In this document: positions 1 through 14,578 of the stretch, piece by piece
Numbering within the stretch: position 1 is the stretch's first letter
Layout: the number at the start of each line of letters is the position of its first letter
Assembly (NCBI GenBank): GCA_016748015.1
Contig: JAAOMT010000664.1
Location: 8,715-72,714 of the forward strand
Direction: 5' to 3'
Source of the DNA: Geosiphon pyriformis uo1
Taxonomy: Eukaryota; Fungi; Glomeromycota
DNA length: 64,000 nucleotides
Translations under genes and position numbers: made by a program
Notes under the pieces: model-generated
What the model saw: only the letters and a program-made list of their open reading frames with translations
The model's database searches: none
What the model was told of the DNA's origin: nothing

Positions 1-429
1 ACACTGCCTATAGTATCCCCTTACTATAATACCCTCCATACTTACAAACATTGACACATGAGTTCTGTAATTAAGTTTCAGAACAATAATGATGATGACA
101 GGGATATGGCAGGGGGATGACATAAAAAATTCCTCGCCCAGGAAAATTTTAAGGGCTCCGAGTTTGTGCTTTACGCCCATGTAGTTTTGTGACCTTAGCA
201 CCGCTAGCGTGAGATAGATCTTGATAAATATTTTCTATCTTCCACTTTATCTTTGCTCTTAAAAAAAATTAGTGATTAATAATAATAATAAAAGATTTTA
301 ATCAAAACAACACGATATTATAAATCCTTTTTTGGTTAAGATGAGCTGCTGTTCTAAAATAACATCATTTCGAAGGAAGGGCTATGTTTATAATGAATAA
401 CCTAATAAATTTAAAAAATATTTATATAA

Positions 430-778
430 AAAAAGCCCTTCCTTCTATTATTGCCTCCATTCCTTCCCTTTATCACCTCTCATCATTTCTTAATCACTTC
501 GCTTCTCTTCCTTCTTTTATCACTTCCCTTCCTTTTCTTTATTGTTTCCCTTCTTTTATTGCTTCCCTCCTTTTCTTTATTGCTTCCCTTCTTTTATTGC
601 TTCCCTCCTTTTCTTTATTGCTTCCCTTCCTTTATCGTTTCCTTTCCTTTATCGCTCCCCTTCTTTCTCTTCCTTTCTTTATCGCTTCCGTTACTTTTTT
701 TCATCCCCCCTTTCTCCCTTTCTCTTTACTTTTCTTTTTTTCTGTCCTCCTTTCTTCCTGTCCTTTTCTCTTTATTTG
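430..778. repeat. Degenerate pyrimidine-rich minisatellite (unit ~20-22 bp, TTCTTTATTGCTTCCCTCCT-like)
   Basis: Many imperfect copies of ttctttattgcttccct(c/t)ct are visible. The overlapping F/S/L/P-rich ORFs here are translation artefacts. Confidence 0.8.
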
Positions 779-2023
779 TTCCTGTGTTATTTTTTCAAGG
801 TGGGTTTCGCTGGGTATTGTACTTGTTTAAGAGTTAAAACGTTAAAAAATAAAATAAATAAAAAATAAAATAAAAATAAAAATAAAAAAAAAGATTTTTT
901 CAGAAGGAATTTGTGGCGATTTTTTAAGATAATTGTAGATCACCTCTGTAATTATTTTGGACTTGTCGCGTGCACAATTTTCTTCTTAAATAATCGCGAA
1001 TACAAACTTGATCATGTGACAATACTCATATATACTTGTTTATTTTTAATAGATGATTTGCTTACAACAAAAGTCCTTCGTTCTTCCTTCCAATCCTTCT
1101 CTCTCTCTCTCTCTCCATTTCTATGTAACTTTTTCAAGGTGGGTTTCGCTGGGTATTGTACATGCTTAAAAGTAAAAACGTTAAAAAATAAAAAAATAAA
1201 AAAAACAAAAAAAACATAACAAAATAAAATAAAATAAAATAAAAAGATTTTTTCAGAAGGAATTTGTGGCAATTTTTTTAAGATAATTGTAGAACACCTC
1301 TATAATTATCTTGGACTTGTTGCGTGCACATTTTTCTTCTTAAATGATCACGAATACAACCTTGCTCATGTGACAATACTCATATATACTTGTTTTTTTT
1401 AATAGATGACTTATTTACAACCAAGTTTTCCTCTCTCTCTCTCTTCATTCCTGTGTTACTTTTTTAAGGTGGGTTTCACTGGGTATTGTACTTGTTTAAA
1501 AGTTAAAACGTTAAAAAATAAAAAAAAAAGATTTTTTCGGAAGGAATTTGTGGCGATTTTTTAACATAATTGTAGATCATTTCTGTAATTATCTTGAATT
1601 TGTCGCGTGCACATTTTTCTTCTTAAATGATTGCAAATACAAACTTGATAATATTACAATACTTATATATACATGTTTTTTTTATTAGATGATTTAATTA
1701 CAACAAAGTCCTTCGTTCTTCCTTCCAATTCTTCTTTTCTATCTCTCTCTCCTCGTTCCTGTGTAACTTTATCAAGGTGGGGTTTGCTGGGTATTGTACT
1801 TGTTTAAAAGTTAAACGTTAAAAAATAAAAAATAAAAAAATATTTTTTCGGAAGGAATTTGTTGCGATTTTTTAAGATAATTGTAGATTACCTCTATAAT
1901 TATCTTAGACTTGTCACGCACACATTTTTCTTCTTAAATAATCACAAATTCAAACTTGATCATGTGACAATACTCATATATACTTGTTTTTTTATAGATG
2001 ACTTATTTACATCAAAAGTCCTT
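779..2023. repeat. Tandem array of four diverged ~310-340 bp units
   Basis: Units start at ~779, ~1119, ~1448 and ~1756. Each has caaggtgggtttcgctgggtattgtac...gaaggaatttgtggcga...cttgatcatgtgacaatactcatatatac...acaaaagtcct. Confidence 0.85.
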
Positions 2024-2084
2024 GAAAGCTATAAAGAACCATATAATAAAACTTGTAATTTAACAATAACTAATAAACAAGCTC

Positions 2085-2522
2085 TAAATAAATTTTTATT
2101 TTATTAATAAATAAAATTTTTAAATTCAATTCATTTTATAAAACTATATGTCGTTTGTATATTATAATTTTAAATTACCATTGAGGTTGTGTTGAAAACT
2201 AGCCAGTTTACAAAACCTAAAGCTGTGAAACAGTTTTATATGTTGATCTTTAATGGGTGTTTCATAGGCCGGAATAATTTTCATTGTTCAGGAANNNNNN
2301 NNNNNNNNNNNNNNATAAATTTTTATTTTATTAATAAATAAAATTTTTAAATTCAATTCATTTTATAAAACTATATGTCGTTTGTATATTATAATTTTAA
2401 ATTACCATTGAGGTTGTGTTGAAAACTAGCCAGTTTACAAAACCTAAAGCTGTGAAACAGTTTTATATGTTGATCTTTAATGGGTGTTTCATAGGCCGGA
2501 ATAATTTTCATTGTTCAGGAAA
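2085..2522. other. Identical ~210-bp duplication on both sides of an N gap (probable scaffolding artefact)
   Basis: ataaatttttattttattaata...cattgttcagga occurs just before and just after the N run at 2295-2314. Confidence 0.75.
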
Positions 2523-5230
2523 CTGTCAAATTCTTAAATGAAATGTGCTTTTGTCTGAAAATACAACTCGATTCCAGTCAAATTTTTATGATTCTTAGTC
2601 CACTGCAAGCACTTTTTTTTTGTTTGTTTGTCAGTAAGTAAAGGTTTGGCTATATTTAGCTTCATCTTTACATAAACGTCGTTGAATATGGTCTACACTA
2701 ATTTTAAACTTTCTTTTTTCATTTCCCATTGCATATCAGTGGCAATTAGATGAATTTTTTTTTTACATGTTGTACAATTTTTTAGGACCGTGATTTGATA
2801 TCAACCGGCTTTTGGTTGATCACGTAGGTCTTTTGTTTTCTCCACCTTTTAATTCAATGAAGTGCTGTAGACTTACTACAATGAATTTTCTTTGCTGTGG
2901 CTACAAGTCCAAGTTTTGGGGTCTTTGGGGTATTGTTTAAAAAAACGATTTCATATCTCTTGTGTATTGGAAGAGAAATTTTTGCGTCATAGCACTTGAT
3001 TATTTTAAAATACCTTAATGATCAGCAAATATATTATTTTTTATCCTGGAAAATCTAGCTCCACAAAGAGTTATTGAGTCATATACTTTTGTGACGCGCT
3101 GTATTGAGGTTTGAATTTAAAATATGCTGCCAATCTTGCGACCTGACATCAAGGTATTATCAAAAAAAAGTTATTCAAGCGTTCAACCATGTAAAAAGAG
3201 GGAAGAAATTTTATCATTATAAAAATTTTCAACGCCCACTTTAGAGCCTTTAAAAATAGAACCAGGATTAAATTGCTTAGCAAGATTAAAAGAATTTAAC
3301 ATAATTAACTTTATAATTTATTCAAAAATGTTATTTAGCACATAGTTAAGAAATTTATATTGGGCTGTTTATAGCGTGGTCATTGAATCTGCATATTTTT
3401 TTCTAGTTAATAACCTTATTATATTGTTGATTTTTACTTTTATTTCTTTAAACTGCAGAATAATGTGTTTATAATTAATAAAATAATTTGAATCTACTTT
3501 TTTAAAAATGTTTTAGTATGCTATTTTTGTTTTGGTCTTTATTGAATACAAAATTATCGATGAGTTTTATTAATTCCAGCTATTATGTAAACTTGAAATT
3601 TCAATATTTTTTTATCTTGACACAGATCTTTTATACTTAAATATTTTTTTTCTAAAAATAACATTATTTATGTTCAATGTATGCTATTTGATAAAACTTT
3701 AAAATTTTGTTTCCAACTTTTGAGTGTTTTTTTAAAAGATTCAATTACCAGTTTATTTAATTTATAATACTTGATAGATTTTTTGTCATAATGTTATTGT
3801 AATATCTGTATTAGTTTTTTGTTGAATTTACTCTAGCAGCTTTTAAAACAGCATTTTACTAACAGTTTAAGTTTTTAATACTAATTGTATCAAATTTTTA
3901 TCTGGTTTTGTAGATTGTTTAGCATATTTTGGTTTAGTAAATATTTAAAATTGGTTAATTTAACGTTTCTCAATTTTTTCAAATTGTTTTATCTTTAAAA
4001 TAGTTTTGTTTACTGCATTTTGCATTTTCGTGTTAATAAACTGAATAATTCTTATTTAAATCTTGACCCAAAATAATATAAATAAATTTATTTGTTGCTT
4101 TAGCAATTNNNNNNNNNNNNNNNNNNNNAAAAAAAAAAAAAAAAAATACACATGCTTTTTTTTTTTACTATTTTATATATTGAAATCGAATCGAAATTAC
4201 TCGTCAAATTTTTGATTCCTATAAATCACCATATCCTGATCAGTCCCCCCTTTTTTTTGTTCCAAAAGTTTCGTAATAATTTGTCAAAACAAATTATTAC
4301 GAAATCAAATCCTATACAAATTAATATTCTAAATCAAATTTATAGTAAATAAATAAAATATTTTTTAAACCAAATTATTTAGCAAATTTTTCTATTGAAT
4401 TTTTTAATAAAAAGAAAATGATTTATATGAAAAACTATATGTCATTTTTATTGATTTTGGAAAGAATAAATATTTATTTATTTTCTGATTTCTCAACATT
4501 ATTATCTTTAGGTTCAATTATAACTAAATAAAAATAAATACTTTCATAGTTTTTTGAATAAAATCGGTAAAAGATTTTGGTGGCAAAAAAAAAATAAAAA
4601 TAAAAAAATTAAAACCAAATGATTAACTAATTTTACTTAGTGTTAAATAAATAATTAAATAAAGTTAAGGAATTCATAATCTTGAGATTTAAAATAATAA
4701 GCTCGATCTACCCCTAACATTTTAATTAAAAAAACGTGAAAATGAATAATAACTGTTAAAGGTTTGGTTTCTTTAATATATTTTTCCGAAACAAATGGTG
4801 ATTTCAAAGCTTACTGTGTGAGTTTATATGTGTATGTGTATGTGTATGTGTGTTTTTTTAACTAGCATTTCATTTACTGATCGAACTTGGATTCAATTTT
4901 TTGTACATACACACACACACACTCACTGACTCACTCACTCACTCACTAGTAACCAATTATGGATTAAAAAAGTCATAGAGAAATAAAAAGTTGAAAAAAA
5001 ATTGTTTCAAATATTCAGGATTTAATAATCCCCCCAAGTGTAACTTTATCTTCCACACTTTGCCCCCTTTTTTAATATACGAGTATGTCTCCTTTTTTTT
5101 AAAAAAAAAAGATTTCAAGTTCATACAAAAACTTTTAACGGAGTATTAAATTTTTGATCACAAAAAAACACTTAAAGATCTTTTATCGAAAAAAAAAAAA
5201 AATTCCATCAATTTTTAATTTTTAAAGGAC

Positions 5231-5275
<45 letters not shown>

Positions 5276-5582
5276 GTTTTTGAATGGATGCATATAGGAA
5301 CAAGTTCAAAATCGATTTTATTAAACTGATAATAGGATACACAATATATATATTGTATATATATATGGAATTTACTAAATTATACTATATTACATTTTTT
5401 TTAAAACATGATCAAAATACAATAATTTATATATAATAATAAAAAAGTTATTTCTCTTGCTTGGTCATAACTTTTTTTTGGTTTGTTTTTCTAATCTTTT
5501 GCAAAAGTTCTTATACTACAATCGATCAATCATACTTTATACTTTATATATTAAATTTTAAATTGGGATAAAAACTTTATCA

Positions 5583-6068
5583 TTAATTTCTTACCAAACT
5601 GGTTCGAATCAAGGTAATCAATAAAGGAATCATCACTAATAATGCCACCACAATCACCCATTTACGCCACGTCATTTCAGTCTGACCACAAAATCGTTGA
5701 TTTTTAAAATTGGAATTACGGTTTCTATTTAAATCATTATCAGATAATTGTATATATGGGGTAGGACGTGGTAATGCTCGTAATGATTCTCTATATGTTG
5801 GAAGTTCTTCGGAAACGTCAGTTTGCCCTGTTTCTCTTCGAATATAGGGAGGTGGAAATTCAGACGAGTTGGAAATCGGTATTGAGATATGGGTACGTTG
5901 TGGTACTGTAATTATTGAATTGGTATTTGATCCTGGAACCTCAATTACTTCTTCAGATGGCGTTTCAAGTGTTGAATGAGTTCTTTGAAAATGAACCGCA
6001 GGATTGATAGTTTTATAACTTGGTGGTAAACTTCTTGGGATCGGTCGTTGTTGTGACATTTCAAACGG

Positions 6069-6100
<32 letters not shown>

Positions 6101-6148
6101 GGGATGTTTCTGATGAAATTATTATTGAAATTGAATCTTGAAGTTTCG

Positions 6149-6189
<41 letters not shown>

Positions 6190-6260
6190 GGTAATTCTGT
6201 GGTTTCTTGACATTCCTGTATTTCAGTTGTTTCCCATTGTGATTGTGGGATTTGTATCAT
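5583..6260 (-). CDS. Single-exon poly-Q protein with PY motifs and a C-terminal transmembrane helix (225 aa)
   Basis: ATG-initiated ORF with LPPSY, PPPY and LPTY motifs and a hydrophobic WVIVVALLVMIPLLITLI close to the C-terminus. Confidence 0.75.
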
Positions 6261-7075
6261 TTTTTCTGTATTATTTTTCTTTTGGTTGGTTGGTTGGTTG
6301 GTTGAGATTTGTTTAAAACGTTGTACAAAGTCGTAAAGTGGAATTTTACTTTTGTGCGCAAAAATACTTCCTTATTTCCTTTCTGCGATTCTATTAAAAA
6401 AGATTTTTTTCACCCAAAAAAATCTTCAAATAAATCCCTTTTTCTTTTTTCTTTTTTAAAGATCAAAGCGAATTTTTTTAATTTATCAAATTTTCTCGAA
6501 CTCCTCTGATTATATATCCATTATCAGACAGAAAAGATCATTCCTAAAAATGGTTGCCAAAAGGGTAAAACTCATTACAATTTGATGAGTAACCACAATT
6601 TCGTCATCAAGATCTCACCCCGCAAGATGGTCTAATATTCCCACACCATTGATCACAATATATATTAAATATCCATGTAACCTCCCTTGCGGCATTATTT
6701 ATTCCTGGCCACATCGTGCTGCTGCATCGACGACTGAAATGATTTCTTATAAACAACAGTGATGAACCTAAAGGCAAAAAAAAAGGCAGTCGATCTAATT
6801 AACGCATAATCATTGAATTATGATATGAAATGAAATGAAATTTAAATTTTAAAAATTTATAACGTGGATGAAGTCAATACATTATTGGTATTTTGAACCA
6901 TTACTTTTTTAGTATTCAGGAATCCAAAGAAGCAAAACATTAAATTCTATGGATTCATCATTTAAAAAACGAGTAAAAAAAATTTTTGTCAATGACAATT
7001 AGCATTTTATTTTTATTTGTTTGTTTACAGTTTCTATTTTTATCTAAAAGGTTATTAATTAAATTATATATATAC

Positions 7076-7127
<52 letters not shown>

Positions 7128-7138
7128 GATGAAATTTG

Positions 7139-7169
<31 letters not shown>

Positions 7170-8776
7170 NNNNNNNNNNNNNNNNNNNNTTTTCATTCTA
7201 ATTATTTGTGATAGCCCTTTATAGCTTTGTTTTCCCAAGATAATCAGCGTAAGAGGTCATTGACTGAGAACGATATGTTGTGATTTATTCATGGAAATTA
7301 TAACTCCACTTTATTCAAATCATATATGTTAATATACGAAGAGAAAAAATTGAATTTAATAAAGTTTTTAATAAATACAAGTTAAATTGAAAAAAGAAGC
7401 CAAATTTAATATTAATTCCACATTTCAATTTTTATTAAGACTATTTTATTTATTTAATCCAATAATTTTTTTCCTTCTAAAATTTGAAACCACATGAAAA
7501 ATTTAGTTAAGAGAAAGCTTTCCTAACAAACAAATATACAAAAATATATAATATGTCGTATTAATGAAAGTGGCGTCTAGTAATTTAACGAATTTATCAG
7601 AATTCAAAATTATAATTAGTCACTAGCTAAATTTGCTATGATTTAATTGAAATATTATCAATAATCACATATAATTCAACCAGAATATATAGTTTTTTGC
7701 AAATTTTCTTAGTATATTTCGATTAGATAAATTGCCTTTGCCCTACAAATTAAAGATAGATTTTACCAGAGTTTCATTTCGAAAATTTATTGTTGACCTA
7801 ATTCACCTTTAAACACTTTAAGCCTAGATCCAAGCATCGAGCAGCAATACTATATTAATAAGAAATTAAATTCTATTAATAAAAGTATCGAGTGGCAATT
7901 TCAAATGAAATAAAGCTTTAAAAAAATTTATTGATTACAAATATATAATTTTATTTTTAATAGTATATTTCCTGGGTTCAATATTAAGCCAAATAATAAT
8001 AAAAAAATAAATAAATATTAAGTATTTTTCTTTTGTATTTCTTAATTGTTTTTTTTAACAAAATTTTAATATTAAACATTTATTAATGTTAAATAAAAGT
8101 TTTTTTAAAATTTATAATTCAATTTAATATATATTAATTTTAAATAAATTAGTTTTGGTTAAATAAATTTTTATGTTAGTTATTAATAATAGTACTTTTT
8201 TTAATAAAAAATAATATATATTTTTTATAATTTTAAAATTAATTAAATGTTTTAATTAAAATATAAAAAGAATATTAAGAAATTAATATATATATATATT
8301 GAAATTCATTTTAATTTGTTATAAAAAAAAATTTAAAATTTTTTAATAAATAATTGTTAATTGTTTAAATTTTAATAATTAAAATTGATAAAATTTTTAT
8401 TTTATATTATTAATATATATTTTAATTTTTATGAATTTCACAAATTAATATATAAAGTAAAAAAAAAATTATTGAAAATTAAATAGAAATAATAAAAAAA
8501 ATTCTATGTGAATTTAAAATAATAACAGGTAAATTATTATTTTTAAAAAAACGTTTCATATTTGAGATAAATAAAAATTCTTTTTTTTTTTTGACTTTTT
8601 CTCATTATTTACATTTTTAGAGTATATATTAAAATATCTAAGTTTTTAAGACAATTTTTGATTAATGTGGTTTGTAAAAAAAATATAAATCAAATTCATT
8701 CAAATTAAATGAATTATAAATGGTCCATTTTTTTTTAACAACAAACTTAAAAAACAGCTTTAATGGAATATTATAT

Positions 8777-8831
<55 letters not shown>

Positions 8832-9985
8832 TTTGGTATTTGATAAAAATAAACTTGGAATTCAATTCACAAAAATTAGGTTGTTATAGTAAAGAAAAAA
8901 AAATAAATAAATAAATAAATAAAAGAAAAGAAAAGAAAAGATATGCAAAAAACTTGAGATTTATTGAACAAGTTTTCTTAAATTAGGTTATAAAATTTTT
9001 GAAAAGAATTTTAGTTCAAGAAAAAAAAGGGGATGAATAAGTTGGACCAAGCTTTGTACAAGACAAAATTTACTCATCTATATTTATGTTTTATTCTGAA
9101 TTAAAATCAATTTTATTAATAATTTTGAATATTCAAATTTTTTTATTGGAAAAAAAAAAAAGAACCTGCTGAGAAAGAAACAAGAGAAACAAAAAGGAGA
9201 AAATAATCGAAACTTTAAAAGAGAAAAAATAGTCAAAAAAGAGTATGACAAATTGGAGAGTATTTTTTTGTATTTTGTTTTATTTACAGAGGAAAACATA
9301 AAAGATAAAGATTAATTTTTGAATAAGTTTTACAAATTTTTGTTGATAAATAAAAAGACACTGAATTATTTAATAGAGAAAAAGGAAATTTTCAAAAAGC
9401 TTATTTAATTGAAATATATATTTTTAACTTTTGGTAATATATATAGACAGAAAAATTATGAAAATAATTAGATATCAAGTTTTTTTTTTTTTTTATCTAG
9501 ACCATGTTATATTACTTGAATAATAAAAAATTAGAAACGTAAATTTATTCATAAAAACATGTTTTGTAGTTCATTTTTGGAGATATTAAATAAATTTGAA
9601 TTGTCCAATGTAAAAATTATTTGGGAATATATTGATATATATATATAAATATGTTTTCAATTTGAAGTCTTATTTTTCAAAGTGAGATTTAGTTGAATCA
9701 GGTGATAAAATCTAGAAGAATAAAATTTGTTTGCATTTTTCATCTGGGAATAAATATGAAATAAAATTTTAAAGTTATGACTTTTACGATTAAATGAAAC
9801 TTTTAAAAATTTTTAAAGTTATTATCAAATTTTTCTCACTTTTTTCTAAAAGTTTTAATATTGAGGTTATCAAAAATTATGTCATTTAGTAGAAATAAAT
9901 ATAGAAATAAAAATTTAATCTAGTTCTTTGAAGAAATTGTTTAATTTTAATATTACACATTCAAAGTTTATCTGTCTATTAGTAC

Positions 9986-10065
<80 letters not shown>

Positions 10066-10237
10066 CATGGATTATCGCAATTTAAAAATACATCGGGGAT
10101 ATTCGTTTGATCACATTTACAAGCGTGAATCTAAATTCATAATATACTTTTAGTCAAAAAAAATCATTTGCAATTCTCCCCAAGATATCATTAGATCCCT
10201 AGCTANNNNNNNNNNNNNNNNNNNNAAAAATAAAAAA

Positions 10238-10364
<127 letters not shown>

Positions 10365-11115
10365 AAAATCTTTTGATCAAAAATAAAAAAGACCAATTAA
10401 TTACTTTCCACCTACTACTAACTTATCAGAGTGTGGCTTATAACAGATCATTCTTTTAATGGAAATTCATTGCGGTTAACATGATATTAAAGACTTTTTT
10501 ATTGTTGTACAAGTGATTCCATAATGACGATCATAGAAATGTAAAAGGAAAGAATTACTCTTAAATGATGTTTGAGTTGAAAAACCGATGTGCATGATTC
10601 TTGGCAACGGGTATGTGTGTTTGTGTGTGTGTGTGTGTGTGTATATATGTGTGTGTGTCAAAAAGAAATTTCGAACATGATAAAACCAAAAAGATTTCAA
10701 TGGTTTTTGGTTTTTAATGAATTATTCTAGATTAAAAATTTAAGCCTAAACTTTTAAGAAAATAATAGAATGTATATTTTTTGATGATGAGATTAATTAG
10801 TAAACGTTTTATTATACTGATGAAATAATTGTTCTTTGATAATTGAATTTTCTGTTTATTATTATTATTATTATTATTTTTATTATTGTTATTATTTTTA
10901 TTTTTATTTTTATTTTTATTTTTATTATTATTTTTATTATTATAATTTTTTGTATATAATTGTCATTGATTGAGACTTTTTTTCTCTTTGAAGAAAAAAA
11001 AAGGATTATTTGACCATTTTATATTGCAAAGAGATTTGAAAAAAAAAATCCAATTTTTAATAAAAAAACAAGCTTGGATAAAAGAAGAGATAAATNNNNN
11101 NNNNNNNNNNNNNNN

Positions 11116-11190
<75 letters not shown>

Positions 11191-12196
11191 TTTTCTGTTA
11201 ATAAAAAAAAAATATATATTGATTATTTATTTGGAAATCTAGTAGTATACCTGAAATAAAATTTATTACCAAATATCCGTTTTTTTTTTTTTCTTCCATC
11301 ACATTCTGTATGCACATGCTAAGTATCGTCATTATTCTTTTATAAATACTTTTAACCGTTTTTGATATTTTATACTGCATGCACATCACCGATACAATAA
11401 CTTAAAAAAATAAACACATAAACACTTTTACACTTTTACACACTTTTGGAAACATAATGGCATAAAAAAAAAATAAAAATAAAAAAATTTTTTTTTTATT
11501 CAAACATTGGTGAGATAAAAATTTTTATTATTATTCTATTTTTTATATTTATTTTTATATTTATTACAAATTAAATCAATTATTATTATTATTATTATTA
11601 TTATTATTTTTTATTTTCTATTAAATATTCATAATTTTTAGTTTTTTTTTTTTTTTTTCAAATAAAAATATTTATAATTTTTATTCAATATATAAAAACA
11701 AACAAAAAAATATTTTAATATTTTAATATTTGATAATTATTATTATTATAATATTTATTTTTAAATATTATTAATCCGAAAACTTTTTTTTTTTAGAAAT
11801 TTGTTTATTTATAACCTCAGTTTTTTTTTCATGTATAGATTGTATGATTTGTTCGGTTCATTTTAATGTTTTTTGAGATTTAGAAAATTGGTTTTCAGCT
11901 AACTCATTTTGGTAAAGACATATATATATATATTTATATTTTTTATAATTTGATTAATAATTTGATAAATAATTTGATTAATAATTTTAATAATAATAAT
12001 AATAATAATGAAAAGCTATGAAAGAATGAATGAATGAATGAAATTTTTAGAAAAATCGATACGTTATTATTATGATGGAATTTTTTAACTCTACGAATTA
12101 AATGATCAGAAATTAAGCAGAAATTCTTTTCTTTTTTTTTCAATTTTTATGTAAATTATTAATTCATATTATCTTTTATCTAAAAAGTGTGTAAAA

Positions 12197-12227
<31 letters not shown>

Positions 12228-12571
12228 ATATAAATAATTTCTTTAATTTATTATTATTATTATTCTTCTTATTCTTATTCTTATTCTTATTCTTTTTATT
12301 CTTATTCTTATTCTTCTTATTCTTATTCTTCTTATTCTTATTCTTATTATTCTTCTTATTAAATTTAATTATTTATTAATGTAATTGAGTTTTTCTCTTA
12401 TCATATCAAAAGCTAAATAATTGATGAATTTAGCCAAGTTTAAAAAAAATTATTCTCATCATATTTTCTAAATGATTTTAAATAAGATTTTCTTAAATAG
12501 AGGATCTCAAATATAATAATAGAGTACTTTGTCGCTTCAGAAAAAAAAAAANNNNNNNNNNNNNNNNNNNN

Positions 12572-12648
<77 letters not shown>

Positions 12649-13638
12649 ATACGATATCTCCGATCTTGGTTATATTAAAACATATTAATTTCTATTATCA
12701 TTATATATATTTTTCTCTATCATAATTATCTTCATCATCTTCATCATCTTCATTATCATTATCTTCATTTATGAATTTCAGGATTCAAAGATCACTAAAA
12801 TATTGAAAATAAACCGATTTTTGGAAAAACTTTTAAAAGGCATTCCCAACATATATATACATTTCTTTACCAAAAAAAGAATTCCTAGAGGACGTTTATG
12901 GTTTAATTAATTCACACCCAATTAAATTTTATTTATTTAAAATAGACAAAAAAGATTTGAAAAATAAAAATAAAAATAAAAAGGAAAAAGGAAAATGAAA
13001 ACAAAAAATAAAAAATGAAAATGTTTAAATAAATATATATTTTATTACTTAAAATAAAATAAAATAAACTCTTATTTGTGTGTGTGTGTGTGTTTTTTTG
13101 CCTGAATGTTATTCTACGTTCATAGAGGTAAAAAAAATAATAATAATAAATAAAATAAAAAAACTTTTAATTTGTTTTTCATAATTTTTTTGTAATTCTA
13201 AATAATCAAAACTAAATTTTTTTTTCTTCAAAGCCTTCAAAAAATTCATGAATCGAATTGAATTGAATTGAGTTGAATTGAGTTGAGTTGGTATGTTACC
13301 ATTTAATTTTTTAAATAAATTTTTTTTATTTAAAAATGATTAATATATGTTTTGTTATTTTCAATTTGATTTTAAAATTTATCCAATTTTACCCATTTTA
13401 TTTTTTTATTTACCATTTAAATTATCAGATATTCAAAGCAATAATATTTTTAAAAATAGATTTTAAAAATTTTCTAGCTCATAACACACATACACACTCA
13501 CACTAATGATTTTATTAAAAGTTCAATATATTCATCATCATCATCATCATTATTATTATTATCATTATCATCATCATTATCATTTTTCAATTTTGGTCTC
13601 TTTTCTAATAAAATACAATCATATTTATAAAAAATGTG

Positions 13639-14166
13639 TCACCAATTTCGTGAATCTCGATGAAAAGAATTTGATTGTAACGAAGAGGGTAATTCGGATA
13701 GTTCGACAGCCTCATCAGATGTGCCAAAGTTATATAAAATTGGTGAATCCGCTCTCGTGACTTCCCTGTTTGTGAAATAATCCGTGTATCTTGGCGTTGT
13801 TGGAGACATGGAACCTAATATGCGTGACGATTTTGATGGTGATATTTGATATACATCTTGAAATGCTGATGGATACCTTGGATATTCTGATAGATCACTT
13901 AGAGAGTGATTATGGCTTTGTAAGCTGTTACGAGACTGTGGTGAGGTGTTATTGTTACAATATCCCATCAGACTGCCACTCGTTGAAATTCTAGGTCGAT
14001 CACCAGCGTTTCGTATTCCCGCTAACGAAGTTGAAGAAACTCGATGTCGGTGTCCATGATTATCACATCCGCAAGGAATTATATCTGACTTGTTATTTTT
14101 ACTTGATGTATGATGCCAATGATTATGATTTTTTTGTTGGTGGTGACGGTGATGGTGATAATCTTT

Positions 14167-14206
<40 letters not shown>

Positions 14207-14539
14207 CGTTGTCGTTGTCGTTGTGATTGTTGTTGTTGTGATTGTTGTTGTTGTGATTGTTGAGATAAATCTTTTTTAGAATGCACTTTGCTCGTTTCAC
14301 CTTTCGAAGAAAATTCTAATTTCTTTTGATTATTCTGGGATTGAGTGTTGGCGTCTTCCAATTCTTTTTCTATAACTTCTACAATTTCTAATTGATTTGG
14401 AACGATAGGTTTATTGTTCACTATTTTGGGAGGTAAAACATGATCAAATGTTGATTTATCTTTTGAATTCAACCTTCTATTAGGAAATATATGAAATAAA
14501 CGGGTTTTAAATTAATAATTTGAATGAGAATTGAATTAA

Positions 14540-14578
<39 letters not shown>

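Noticed and set aside
384-1272. F/S/L-rich ORFs at the window start
   Set aside because: They are translations of tandem repeats, open in several frames.
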